This document shows, piece after piece, positions 39,123 to 51,800 of a DNA stretch of 64,000 bases. Both the position numbers and the translations under genes were made by a program. Within the stretch, counting starts at the first letter, position 1; each line of letters opens with the position of its first letter. The notes below the pieces were generated by a model, which was given only the letters and a program-made list of their open reading frames with translations, was not told where the DNA came from and did not search any database. Origin of the DNA: Sphagnum compactum (Eukaryota); assembly GCA_965153455.1 (NCBI GenBank), contig OZ234493.1, positions 32,168,213 through 32,232,212 of the forward strand. Reading direction: 5' to 3'.

Positions 39123-41137
39123 AAAGCTTGAGCAAAGAACTACTGTTTTTACTATAGAAGGTTATTTCATTCCGTTATTTATTTTATCACAGTTATATGT
39201 CAGAATTGGTTCTTTCATTTTTTTGGAGAACCATGGTTAATCTATATCAGATCTGGTTCTTTTGATTTTTTAAACCATGGTTATATATCAGAACCAGCTC
39301 TTCTGATTATTTGAGAGGCTTGGGTACACATCACCCAAACCGGTCCTATTGATATTTGAGAACCATGGATACCAAAATTAAACAACTGCCCTCAGAAGCA
39401 CGCAATACTTACTTGCTGATATGTTGGCTGTTTGTGTGATAAGATCTGAAATCTATCTACAAAGGAAGGTAGTTTGTTTGTTTTGTTTGTTTTGAGATCT
39501 CCCAAAGCACAGTGCCTTCTACAACCTTGTTCTTGGGTTTTGTCTTTTTTTCCAGGCATGCTATGAGCCAGTATGTTGCACCAATTGTGTTGTCAGATCT
39601 GGAAATCTTTATGACCTTGTTCTTGGGTTTCCTCAAGATTTTTCATGCTGCTTGCTGATAAGTTTTGTTGGCACATTTTGACATCCACATGACCCATTGT
39701 TATACAAATAATTTCAGAGTTTAAGACTTCCGATTGTGCAATGTAAGGTTCTCAATACTCAATGTAAGATATTATTGTTCAAGTTGACAATGGTTGTTTC
39801 CAGACCCTTGAACAAACATTAATTAACTCTCAAGACTTGGGTTAGTATTTTTGTTTTTTGAAGAAAAACTTAAAGTGCTCAAAAAATCTTACTAAATTGT
39901 ACATTTATAAATTTCTTCTAGATGCTAAGTGATTGCCAATTTCCAAGAGTAATTGCCAGTTTCAGAGTTATTTCATTTTGAGATCTAAATTCCAGATGGG
40001 TTCCATCTTGGGCTAAACAAACTGAAGTAGTGTTTAAAACTGAGTATTACTCTCTACACACTAATTGTGCCTATTCTAATCTCCAACCATCACATTAAAC
40101 TACTCAATTCCCAATGAATTTCAGAGTAAGAATTTATGCCATTGGACTCAATGAATTTTAGAGTATGAATTTCAAATTTACGTACTTCGGAGAGTCCAAT
40201 TGCATTCCATTATTGTACATACTCTAAATACAGATTAGTGTTTACATGAAAACAATGACAACTACCAATTAAGAATCATAAGGAATTAAACACTAATTAA
40301 AACTGTGCTAATATCCCATGCTAATTACATGATTAAAACAGACATATAACACATACAAAACAGAAATGTATATAATACAACTTCCAAAAGTTTCAAGTGG
40401 ACTACAAGATTGAGAATACAATTTTAGATTGAACAATTTACATGGGTGAAGATCTGTTGCACTACGAAGACTGAATTTATATAAACTCAAAGTGCATTCA
40501 TGTTTGAACTGGTACTTACTTCTACCAGTTTAGACCAAGGAAGATATGTCAACTTAGGAGATACAAAAGGACACAAAGGAACTGTTCTATAGAGGTCATA
40601 CAAAAGATTGAAGAACAAAACATTACAAACTGATCATACACTTGTATGGAAAAACAAAATGTAACAATTACATGAACAGAGTTAAATTGTATATCATGCA
40701 AGCAATGCAGCAAAGTCTGATCTAACAAGAAGAGCCAATTTAACAATCCATAACAAAAACTATTTCAAAAACAAAGTTTGGGAAAATAAATTATTCACTT
40801 GTCCATGTGCAATGTTTTTTGAAAACTTAGTTCTATCTAGAGAGAAGAGCTAATTTCAAGCACAAATATTGTTTCAGCTGTCAGATGTCACTAGACAACT
40901 GCCTCTTTTGCTTTTTTTTTTTTTTGGATTTTCCAATGCAAGAGAAAGGGATCTAACTAGACATGTATGTACTGATCATGCATGCATGTGTAGTCCATGA
41001 CATCTGGAGCTGCTCTGTAGAGAGAGATCAACTCTCTAGGAACAACAATATCAGTGCATTGTAGACAGACAGAAGAACTTCAGTGAGCAACAACAACAAC
41101 AATTTATTGTGGTACTTAGCTTTGCAGCAGCAGCGTC

Positions 41138-42796
41138 TCACCAGTGCACTCTGGCAGTGAGACTGGGTTTGTAGCAAACCCCAGCATAACGGATCTCTTC
41201 TTCGTCCTCGTCTTCTTCAAACTCAGGGTACGCAGTCCACTTCTCTTCGCGCAGATCGTAGTATGCGAGAGCTCTCTCGGCAAGTCCACAACAGATTTTG
41301 CCTTCGCTAGTTCCCACACACTTGGAAAGCTCTCTGTACTCTTCAGGGGAAATGTAGGTGAAGGGTTCCCTACTGACCCGAGCGAACTCCAGTGTACGAG
41401 CTGTGAACTCGTGAATCACGAGCTGGTGCGAGAACCCATCAGCTGCACCTGCAGCAGGAGCTTCATCTGCAGCTCCTGCTGCTGCTGTAGGAGCTGCTCC
41501 TTCTGCTGCTGCTGCTACAGGAGCTCCTTCTCCTTCGCTAGTTGGGCACACGTACAAAGTCACCAGGAAGATGCGGCCATCGCAACTTAGGACCTGCGGC
41601 TGCTCATAGTCTACAGAGCTGCCCGGAATCACAATTCGGGTGTACACAGACCATTCCCGGGAACCCACGTTGTATGACAACAGGAAATAAGGATTTCCAG
41701 CACGAGCAAGGCCGTGTCCTGCGCTGGGTCCATAAGCCACAGTGAGGACGAGACCTTCGTAGTACGCGCTGCTCGAGTTCATTGCCAGTCTCAGGCCCCC
41801 GCAGAGATCACCAGAATCTGTCCAAGTATCTGTCCTGAAGTCGTATACTTCAGTGGATTTCTCGGCCTCGTATGCTCTCAAGTTGGGGTGTTCCAATGAG
41901 CCCAATGCCCTCCCAGTCATGACAAGCTGAAAGCTCGCGGTTGCTATGCTAGCAGCTGCTGGTGGTTCCTGCAGTACATGGATCAGGCGACTCTGCAGCG
42001 AGTTATGGCCGTCGTCTTCTTCCTCTTCATCGTCTGTGGACTCTTCTTCTGCTTCATCGTCTGCGGACTCTTTTTCATCCCATTCAGATCGACCAGAGTC
42101 AGAGACTTCTTCCAATTCAGATTCATCAGAGACGACAACGGACCCATCTTCTGCATCCGCTTCAGAGCGATCGTCGCCATTCTCATGATCATCCCCGTCT
42201 ACCTGCGCCTCCTCCAACGAGGCGGGGGCGCCATTGTCAAGGGTGGGAACACCAAGGATCTTCTGCTCTCCTGTGAGTGGATTCACGACCAACACGTCCT
42301 CAGAAGAGTGTCGGTCCTTAGTGTAGAACAGTAATCCGCCGGCAGACGCGACGGGAAGCGTCACGGAACGTCTGCTTGTGGACTCCGGAACGTGACGGAG
42401 TCCCACCCACTTCATGGTGCGGAAACAGAACCCGAAGCTCCGGCATGCCCCCGCATCATCCACAAGTGTGTAGAGAGGACAGTACTCCTCAGATGGTTCC
42501 GGGAGAGGAAGCAGCTGCTGGAAACGTTCCAAACGGAGTCTCCTGGTCCAGTCTAGGCTGGAGCTGTAGATCGCCAAGAAGGACGATATAGTGATCCCGC
42601 GAGTAAACATAAATCCATCCAGGTTCACTTCCTCACTACACATGTAGCAAAGGATTGTCAGCTGAACAATCAAGGCAGCCCAGCTGATGAAATTCTCGGC
42701 ATTGCGCAGCTGGAGGCCGTTGGATTTGAGCAGCTTTCGTGGTCGCATAGAGTCATGATCATCCTCCCCATCAAAAGAGTACGATCTTTTCGCCAT
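41138..42796 (-). CDS. Divergent F-box/Kelch-repeat-like (beta-propeller) protein with acidic and Ala-rich insertions, single coding exon
   Basis: Open frame of about 552 codons with motifs typical of plant F-box/Kelch proteins: PVASAGGLL, VLVVNPLT, TEVYDFRTDTW, LLSYNVGSREW, VLSCDGRIFLV, YYDLREEKW, CYKPSL. The ATG at 42796 follows an acceptor-like TTTACAG; 42820 is an alternative ATG. Confidence 0.75.
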   Translation of the reverse strand: MAKRSYSFDGEDDHDSMRPRKLLKSNGLQLRNAENFISWAALIVQLTILCYMCSEEVNLDGFMFTRGITISSFLAIYSSSLDWTRRLRLERFQQLLPLPEPSEEYCPLYTLVDDAGACRSFGFCFRTMKWVGLRHVPESTSRRSVTLPVASAGGLLFYTKDRHSSEDVLVVNPLTGEQKILGVPTLDNGAPASLEEAQVDGDDHENGDDRSEADAEDGSVVVSDESELEEVSDSGRSEWDEKESADDEAEEESTDDEEEEDDGHNSLQSRLIHVLQEPPAAASIATASFQLVMTGRALGSLEHPNLRAYEAEKSTEVYDFRTDTWTDSGDLCGGLRLAMNSSSAYYEGLVLTVAYGPSAGHGLARAGNPYFLLSYNVGSREWSVYTRIVIPGSSVDYEQPQVLSCDGRIFLVTLYVCPTSEGEGAPVAAAAEGAAPTAAAGAADEAPAAGAADGFSHQLVIHEFTARTLEFARVSREPFTYISPEEYRELSKCVGTSEGKICCGLAERALAYYDLREEKWTAYPEFEEDEDEEEIRYAGVCYKPSLTARVHW

Positions 42797-42945
42797 CTGT
42801 AAACCACCCACAGGGATCATAACAGCCAGCCAGCAAGCTGCTAGCAGTTAATAATTCTTCCTGGCTCATGATATGTATAAAACTTTGAAACCCAAGCTGA
42901 TGCAGCTCCTACGAAAAATTGTTTCTCGGGATGTGTGCCTTATGT

Positions 42946-43032
42946 GAAAGGAGATTGAAAGCAGTATGTTGAAGGAGATTGAAAGCGGTATGTTGAAGGA
43001 GATTGAAAGCGGTATGTTGAAGGAGATCGAAA
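42946..43032. repeat. 24-bp tandem repeat, ~3.5 copies
   Basis: GAAGGAGATTGAAAGCGGTATGTT repeated. Confidence 0.9.
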
Positions 43033-45774
43033 ATTGTATGTGCAAACCATGTGAAAACTATGTGAAAACAGCTCTAGTGTAGAAAGCTAAAGGAAACAAT
43101 GGAAGATGTGCAATGCATGATCAGCATAAATGAACACGTACTTGGGTATTGAAATTCTTGCCCCTTGACCACGTCTTGACGAGTGTGTGAGTCCGCAAGC
43201 GAGCACCGCTAGGAGTCTGTCGAGTCTCTCTACTTTCTTGCTACGCTCCAGGAGCTAGCGCGCTCTCTCACTACTACCCTCCACTTGAAACGAGAGCTAG
43301 ACAATATAATGACTAACGGACTGGACGAACAAGGCTTCTTGCGGACAAGTTCGCGCTCTCACTCCTCTCCACTTGAAAGAAACGAGAACTACATAATATA
43401 ATTACTGACGAATATGGCTGCAAGCTTCTTGCGCTCGCGTTCTCTCTGTCCCTCTCTCCAAGAATTGAAACCCCACAAAAGCAAGCAAATGAACAACACC
43501 GCTGCTAAGAACCCCCTTATAACCACGACCTCCTAGTTCATAAAGAATTTCACGCACAAAGCACAAACGAAAGCGCTCAGCGCGTTTTCAGGCTCGCTCG
43601 CTTTCTCTCTCTCTCTCTCAACAACACTCTCTGCCTTGAAATCCCACTCTCCAAATGTGAGCTACTGCAACAACGACTCGCGCACACACAACGACTAGCA
43701 GAGCGCAGCACAGGACAAGCTTTTTCTTTCTTCTCCTCAAGATGCAAAGGAAGAAGAGTACAAAAGGTGCGGGAAGGAAGGAGAGGAAGGGGGGGGGGGG
43801 GCAGAGGTGTTTCAAACGTACTTTGCTGCGAGAGAAAAGAAAGATACGTAGAGCGATTGTGGACTACGACTACTACTAACTCTATTACTGACAAGGCGAG
43901 ACGAGACAAGACAAGACGAAGGTCGCAATTACGTGAGCAAGCGAGCCAGCGATTCCGTGCACACCGTTCTGGCGCAGGGTGAACCCCTTTCGGGGGAGGG
44001 AGGCAACAGCCCCTACCGTTCTGGCGCAGAGAGAGAGAGAGAGAGTGGTAGGGAGGGAGCAAGGGGCCACCAGCCACAAACTAGTCATAAAACGGAACGG
44101 GAACGGAGAACTACTACACAGTTTATCGCTAGTTGCCGTCAAGACACACACCATTTAATTTAAATTTAATTAAATTTAATTTAATTTGTTTATGGGACTA
44201 GGTTGTGAAATTTTTCATAAGGCTTGGCATCTAAGGAATCTCTTAAAGCACCTTCTTCCTAAACATATATATATATCATGGGTGAAAATTTATTATGAAT
44301 TAATTTTATCGAATTTATAAATGAAATTGGATGTTGATGGATGAACTTCATCCATTATGGATACAAGGCTAACATTGCATTTGTGAATAATAGTGAACCA
44401 CATCAATCGTCATATGGAATATTATATATATATTTTTTATTTTTGGTCTTGTGAATTTTAACATATGTTTCATAATTCATGTTGAAGTCAACAAATGTCA
44501 TTTGTGACAAGAAATTTTCACTAAATTCTATATTTTTAGGTATGGATGATTGAAATGGACTTTAAATCAACAGTTGAGATGTGGCCTAGGGTCATTTGTT
44601 AATTTTTAAAATTCCAAACGTTTTTTTTAATGACATGGTAGACTTTAATTGGCAACATGGAGTGGACATATTCACCAACATAAGTGTAAAGAAAGATACC
44701 AAGCAAGAAACTAGTGTTAAAAGCGCATATTTGATTATAATATCTAATAATTAGGTATGTGTTTTAACAATTTTCTTTTGCTAAAATATATTTAGTAAGG
44801 TGAGGGTACATCACCTCTTCATGAATTTTGGGAAATATTAGGCAAGTGTGTGTTTGGCCTTCAAAAAAAAGTTTATAATTTCCAAGATTTGGGAACCAAT
44901 TTTAATATTACCCCATTCATCATTATATAAAAAATAAAAATATTGATTCACATGCAAGCCTTATGTATCCATATATGTTTGTTAAATGCTTCATAAAATT
45001 AATATTTGTCAACCCAAGCTAGGCAAGGAGGTGTGGAATAGAAACATCAATTTGTTGTAAGGGAAGGACATGTACAAAGGAAGGTCTTTGAGTTTCAAGG
45101 AATTGGTAAATTTGTTTTTGTACTTCTAGGCCCATTTTCAAGTCGATTTTTCATCATATCTTTTTTGTGACATGTAAGCAATCTACCATTTTTGAAGTTT
45201 ACATGGACTAGAGTTTTTTCATGTCAAGTTTTTTTTCTCCAACATTAAATATTCAAAATGAGATTGTATTTTTAAAAAACTTGAATAAAATTGTAACCAT
45301 AATCATAGGTTTATTATAACAAAACAATTCCTATTGTCAAAAATCCACTAGAAATTTGGGAAAAAATGTTACTTAAAAAATGTTAATAACTATTGCCAAA
45401 GGTTACTTCACACCTTGTGATAGGTTATCCCGATTATTAGTGGATGGTAAAGGATGCTTGTTAGACCAATGTTCACACCATCAACTAGTAAATTAATTAG
45501 TGACTTTTATATTTTGGTTTTCTCAATTCACACATTGTGTTAGGTTAAGCCAAACTTGTCATGAATGGTGATTAGATTTAATGACATTGATTACAAAACA
45601 CAACAACCATTGTAGATATCTGTTTAGCTTTGCTTTTGTAGCTTTCATCAACATGTTTTGTAGGTGGTACCAATTTCCTTTCTAACTTCCTTTGTACAAA
45701 TTCTTTTGAGTTCTTTCATCATAATGTTGTGAGATTGGCTTGACCATAGTTCATTTTAATTTCTTGCACCTTTA

Positions 45775-46000
45775 TGTGCAACACCTTCATTTATAAGATT
45801 GTGTTTTTATGTTTTTTATTCATTGCAATGTTTTCATCAACTTGTAATGCCTTCACTTGTAGTATCATGGTTTTGTGGTTCTTGTACATTGCAATGTTTT
45901 CAACATGTTGCAAGATCATGGAGTCATGGTTTTTGTTTGTTGCAATGTTTTCATCAACTTCCAATGTCAGCACCTTCATTTGTAGCATTGCATAATGCCT
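45775..46000. repeat. Degenerate ~50-57-bp tandem repeat
   Basis: TTGCAATGTTTTCA(TCA)AC recurs near 45823, 45889 and 45940. Confidence 0.7.
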
Positions 46001-47149
46001 TGTCAATTCGCATAACATCTTCCTCAACTTTTGCAACACCTATTTTGTGCAATGCTTTTAATTTTTTCTTTTGATTGTTATTTTTGTCCTTGTGTTTTGT
46101 TTGTAGTTTTTGATGTCCTTGTGTTTTTGCTAGCAATTTTGTTGCAATTTAGTGCATTTTGTTTAATGCAATCTTTCTTTGCAACACCTTTCATCATGAG
46201 GCCATAGAAAATAATTCTTCTTGCATTATTTTTTCAACTTGTAATCCAACCACAATAGTTGTCAATCCTTGGTCATGTGCATATGGAATTTGCATTTGAA
46301 TCACTTGATTTTATATGCAAGATGTTGTCCTTTTCTTTGAATGACAACACAAACATTGATTAACTTGTGTTTGAGAGGATGACTAAGGTATTGATTTGTC
46401 ATAGTTCAAAAATAACTTTTGTTACTAATTTGCTTTTGAGTTAGGATTTAGGTGACTTGGTTAAAGCAAGGTCAATGACTTGGTTTTTTCAATTCCTTAT
46501 GATGCAATACAAAAAAAAGGTGGATTGAATAGTTTTGGGTTGGGTGAAAGCTTGAAAGCATGGTAAAATATATATAAAAAGTATAGTATGCAACAAAATA
46601 CTGGGGTCCCTAAATAAAAGGACTAACAAGTATATGATTTTATGGGGATAATAATATTTTGTTGGTTATATTTTAATTCTTGTTTGCATGGATTTCAAAA
46701 GCTAAATTGTTATAATCATGTTTTCTTAAACTACTTTCAATTACTTGAATTAGACCTAAATTTTTGGAAATTTCAAAAAAAAAAAATTCAAGTATTTGAA
46801 AGTAGGTGTAATGTTTTTGCAAGTATTTTTTTTTTTTTCAAAAACCTCAATATTGATGTGATGAACATTTTAACATAATTTTTTTGGTTAATGGAGTTTT
46901 TTTCAAAACTAAAATGATCCCCAACCCTTGAAAAAATGACTTAATTGTTGGGGTATTTTTTCAATTTTTTTTAAATGTTAAAGGAAGGTTAGAAGTCTAA
47001 AAGTTTTTTTTTCGTGTTTTCAAATAGAAAACAAAGTAGCAAATATGTCCAAAAAATCTTGCTTACATTCGGTTAGTAGGTGTTTCGTGAGGCAACTAAT
47101 TAAAAGATTAAAACATAGAATGGAAAAGAAAGATATGAGGTATATGTGC

Positions 47150-47950
47150 ACTATCTTAATGAACATCAAGGTAGCTTGCTTGTTATACAAGTTAGCAAAT
47201 GCATCTAATTATTTGTAATGCAATGAATTTTTTATTATTGGAAAATCCACAATTCATTTGGTCTTGTGGCAATTCATGCATGTGGTGAACAAGGTATGCA
47301 AGGACCTAATTCAATGCGCTTGAAGAAATAATTTGTTTCATGTGATGGAGGGTTTCAAGGAGTTTTCAAGGATGTCAAGTATCCAAAAGAACCATTGTTG
47401 TTTTCCAAATTCATATACCAACACCAAAAGTCCATCCTTTGTAAGAGAAATTATTCCTTCAAATCTAAAGCATATAGTATGCAATTGCAAGCCATATTTG
47501 TTAATAATAGGAAATGGTTCCTTGATGTCTTTGTGGGGATGTCGGGGTCTATGAATTATGCAAGAGTGTTGCAGTTATCTTCAAGTTACCAAAAAGCTAC
47601 TTGGGGAGATTTGTTCAATGAATGGACTTCACATGAAGGCATCAAACCATACATAATTAGGGATAAAGGTTATCACTTGCTTCTATGGTTGATGGCGCAT
47701 CACAAATAAATTGGAGATCCACATTCTCTTTTTGACGAATTGTTCACCAAATAGTTCAATCATGCAAAAGTAGTAATTGAAAATAGTTTTGGGATTTTAA
47801 AGAAAACCATTCAGGAATTGTTCATCAAGTCAAACTTGGATGTGCATTTCCTCCTTAATGTGGTCATCTATTGCTACATTTTACATAATATGATTATGAA
47901 TGGGAAAGATTATGACATTGATGAATTCATGATACACCTAGAGGCAGAGA
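47150..47950 (+). pseudogene. PIF/Harbinger DDE transposase (HARBI1-like) pseudogene
   Basis: YSFKSKAYSMQLQAI..WFLDVFVGMSGSMNYARVL and PYIIRDKGYHLLLWLM, followed by VIENSFGILK and a CYILHNMI-like segment. Multiple stops and frameshifts. Confidence 0.85.
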
Positions 47951-48304
47951 ATGTGCCAAAAACAAAAGACAATGGAAGGAAAATAATTGATGAATGAATA
48001 TGACGTGAGCAAGTAAATGAACATGATGTTAAACTTACATTACAACAAAGGGAATATCCAAGGTAAATCAACACATTGCAATTGAACAATACCTAAGTAA
48101 CCATAGACCACAGAATCCCAGATGTTTTGAATGTTGAATCCATGCAAGTTTCTTTTTTCAAATTCATGAACACAGGTGTCTATAATGTGTATGGTGTATC
48201 TGCAATGCATCAATCTACTAGAATTGGAATTGATCTTTGAAATGTGTTTGGTCTATTTGCAATATAGTAATTTATTGAAACTGGAAGTGATTTGCAATGT
48301 GTTT

Positions 48305-50655
48305 CACTAGAAGAAAACTAGAAAAAAACAACTACCATTTACAACTATATTCTAGTTGCAAAAGACATTTGCTACTAAAAATTGCTTAGTTACATTAAAC
48401 AAGTTGCATATAACACTAGTTGCAAGTGTGGATGAAGTCAATGGTCAACAAAACACTTCACCATCCATATACTATTGTATGCCATCCGTATATTACCATA
48501 AAAATTAGCAATTTAAATAATGACATGTGGCAAATGAAAAATGTTTGAAAAAAATTTGTTTTAAAAATAAATGGTGGGTCTTCATCATCTATTTTTAGTG
48601 ATTTTAGATTGTGACACATGGCATGATACTAATATACTACGTGGCATTTTTTAATTTTGGTCAAAATAAATTTAAATCAATGTTTAATGAATAGGTGGGA
48701 ATAGGTAAGTAGGTAGGTAGGTTGAACTAGGTAGGTAGGTAGATAGATAAGTATTTTTAATTTGTTTTGGGTTTAACCTTTAGGGTTAAACTCCTTAAAG
48801 GGTTAAGCACCTTTAATTAACTCATCCCAATTGGCATGTGTTTTTTATGTGAAAGTGTATGACAAAGCCTCCTCATTATATAGTTCTCAAAATGGAAATG
48901 GAAGACAAAACATATGGGATAAAAATTGAAATTGTAATTTAATTGCAAACTAAATTACAACTAAAAAGTTTATTTCATATCTTTTGTCCTCCTTTAGTTT
49001 TATAAATTATATAACTAAGTATAAGTAACTAACCAACTATTTAATAAGCTAACTAATTATTAATTATTAATTCATAATTCATATATTAAAAACATTTATT
49101 GAAATAATAACTAACTAACCAAATTATTAGTTATAAATTTTTGTTGATATATTATAAATTTATAAATAATAAATTAAATATTAAACATTTAATATTTAAT
49201 ATTTAAATAATAAGGAACTAATTCATTATTTCATAAGTTAAAAAAATTATTAATTATTAATTGTATAATAATCAATTAAATAATTAATTTAATTATAATT
49301 TCATATTTCATAGATTGAAAAATGAATGATTGAAATAATAACTACTTAACCAAATTATTATTTATAAGTTATCTTTAATAATTTTTGAATTTAAAAATAA
49401 ATAATTAATTGAAAATTTAATAATAAGGACTAAATAATAAGTAACTAATAATAAGAAATTAATTAAATAATTTAGTTATAAATTATTAATTCATAATTCA
49501 TATATAGAAAAATAAATGACTGAAATAATAATTAATTAATCAAACTATTACATATAAGTTTTCCTTAATATTTATAATTAATTCATTAATTAAAATATTA
49601 ACCAGTTAATAATTAGATACAAATAATAAGTAACTTAATAACTAATTAATAAAAAATAATTAATAATTATATCATTATATAATAATCAATTAAATAATTC
49701 ATTTAGATATAAATTATTAATTCATAAATCATATATACACAAGTAAATGACTGAAATTATAACCAATCAACCACATTATTATGTATAAGTTTTCTTTAAT
49801 ATTTTTTAATTTAATAATAATTAGTTCAAATATCAACCAGTTAATAATTAATATATAAAATAAGTAATTGAATAACTTATTAGTTATAAAATTTACTTAT
49901 AAATATATGAATAGTTCATAAATATATTTTAAAATAACTAGAATATTATTACATTAACCATTATGAATTAAATATTAAATATTTCTTTATTTTTAATAAA
50001 TAATTGGTTAATATTTATATAGGACAAAATAAATAACTAATGTATTGAATAATATTGAAATATTAATTATAAATACTAATTATGAACTATTAATCATCAA
50101 TTAATTAAGAATAATTCTAATTAATCAATAAGTAAGTAGTTCATTTTAGGTAGGTAGGTAACCTAGGTTTGATATGTAGGTAAACATATAAGTAAATAGG
50201 TGGATAAGCTAAGTTAGGTAGGTAAAAGAATATATATAGGTAGGTAGGTAGGTAGTTAATTTGCTTAAATACAAATTAAATACAACCTTATAAATACACC
50301 AATGGAAACATGCCCCCATGATACTATTAATAGAACTTAACAAAAGTACACATACTTTTCAAAAGTTTCCTAATACACTTATGTATACCAGTAGGGGCTA
50401 TCTTGACACCCTAGTAGTGTGACTAAGTTTGTTTCCATTTGCAACTAATGGGACATATGGGCATGATCATGGATGAAAAAAAACTTTATGTGTAGGATGA
50501 AGAAGTCATTAGTTGTAAATGTAGTTGTAGCATAGTTGCAAAAATGGTCAAAGATGCAAAATAATTGCAGAAACAATTAAAACTAGTTGCAAATGACAAT
50601 TAGTTGCATATAGTTGCAAATGCATTGGTTACATTTTGGGAGATTTCTTCTAATG
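48305..50655. mobile_element. Non-autonomous CACTA element inserted in the Harbinger relic
   Basis: TIRs CACTAGAAGAAA / TTTCTTCTAATG, TSD TTT/TGT (1 mismatch), TAGTTGCA subterminal repeats and an extremely AT-rich core. Removal restores the flanking repeat unit GCAATGTGTTTCATGTATTTG seen intact at 50754. Confidence 0.88.
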
Positions 50656-50979
50656 TGTCATGTATTTGTAGTGCATCAATTTCTTGGAATTGATCTTTGG
50701 AATGTGTCTAATGTATTTGCAATATAATAATCTATTGGAATTGGAAGTGATTTGCAATGTGTTTCATGTATTTGTAATGCATCAATCTATTGACATTGAT
50801 CAGCAATGTGTATGGTGTATATGTAATGCATTATCTATTGGAATTCAAATGTGTCAATTAAAACCATTTAGAATTGAGCTTGAATTGTTGAAATGTCCTT
50901 GAATTACATCTTGTAGTTTGTATCATTTCAAGCACTATTGAATTCAAAAGCATTACCCTACTCAATTGTCTTTTGACTT

Positions 50980-51800
50980 GAAGTACTGCAGTTGTCCCTT
51001 GAAGATGTGGTTATGAAATTTGGAATGGTGTTCATTGATATCAAGTTGAGTCACATTGATTTTATCCATTACATCGACAAAAACCTTGTTATTTTTATTA
51101 GTGGATTCAATTAATGATTAGAGAAAACATATTATTGCACTTCCTTTTAACACTAATGTTGCTTGTTACAGGTTTTGATGGTGTGTCAACAAGAATGACA
51201 ATAGGAGGCCACTAGTTGTTGTTGGCGAGTGGTTTTGTTGGATCTTCAAATAAGTTCACCACACTTTTGGCAAATAAGTTCACCACGCAATGTAAACATT
51301 CATGGCAAAAGAATGTTTGCATTGTGTTCTTGAAATTCTTTACATTCTTGAAATTCTTCCACATTATCTTGTAACTACATGTTTTCATTCTCAACCGGTG
51401 ACTTTGGGGTAAGTGGTATGTAAATGAGCTATCATTTTTAGCATTCACATTTATGGTATGTAACGAAACATTCACCATCTTTTCACCTTGAAATGCCTCA
51501 ATCAATTCATATTTTTGTTGTATTAATGAGGTAAATGGAACCTTTCTTTCTCTTCAATTTACAACTCCCAAAATTCTTAGTACCTTTGTGATAGTTTGCG
51601 AGCTTCTTGTAATTAGAATTGAATGTCCATTTGTTTTTGCACATGGTGTTTTCTTTGGAATCATGATTTTGTGTTTTTTTTGCAATTCTTTAACATTATT
51701 GTCCCAATGTTATGCAATAGGTATCATATGGGTCCAAGCATGATTGGGGTACTCCCTTTAAGTCCTAGGAATCCATTCCAAGGACTCCCAAATTCACCTT
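50980..51800 (-). pseudogene. Probable Harbinger second gene (Myb/SANT-like DNA-binding protein) remnant, convergent with the transposase
   Basis: Decayed coding-like sequence (..YELIEAFQGEKMVNVSLH..) in the position and orientation expected for the PIF/Harbinger Myb-like ORF. The domain is not directly verifiable. Confidence 0.45.

Noticed and set aside
41144..42591. Plus-strand ORFs opposite the F-box/Kelch-like gene
   Set aside because: Antisense shadows of a GC-rich coding sequence.
43577..44163. 166-aa and neighbouring ORFs upstream of the F-box/Kelch-like gene
   Set aside because: Low-complexity, microsatellite-rich leader or promoter-type sequence with no recognisable domain. It may be 5' UTR, but that is not supportable from the sequence alone.
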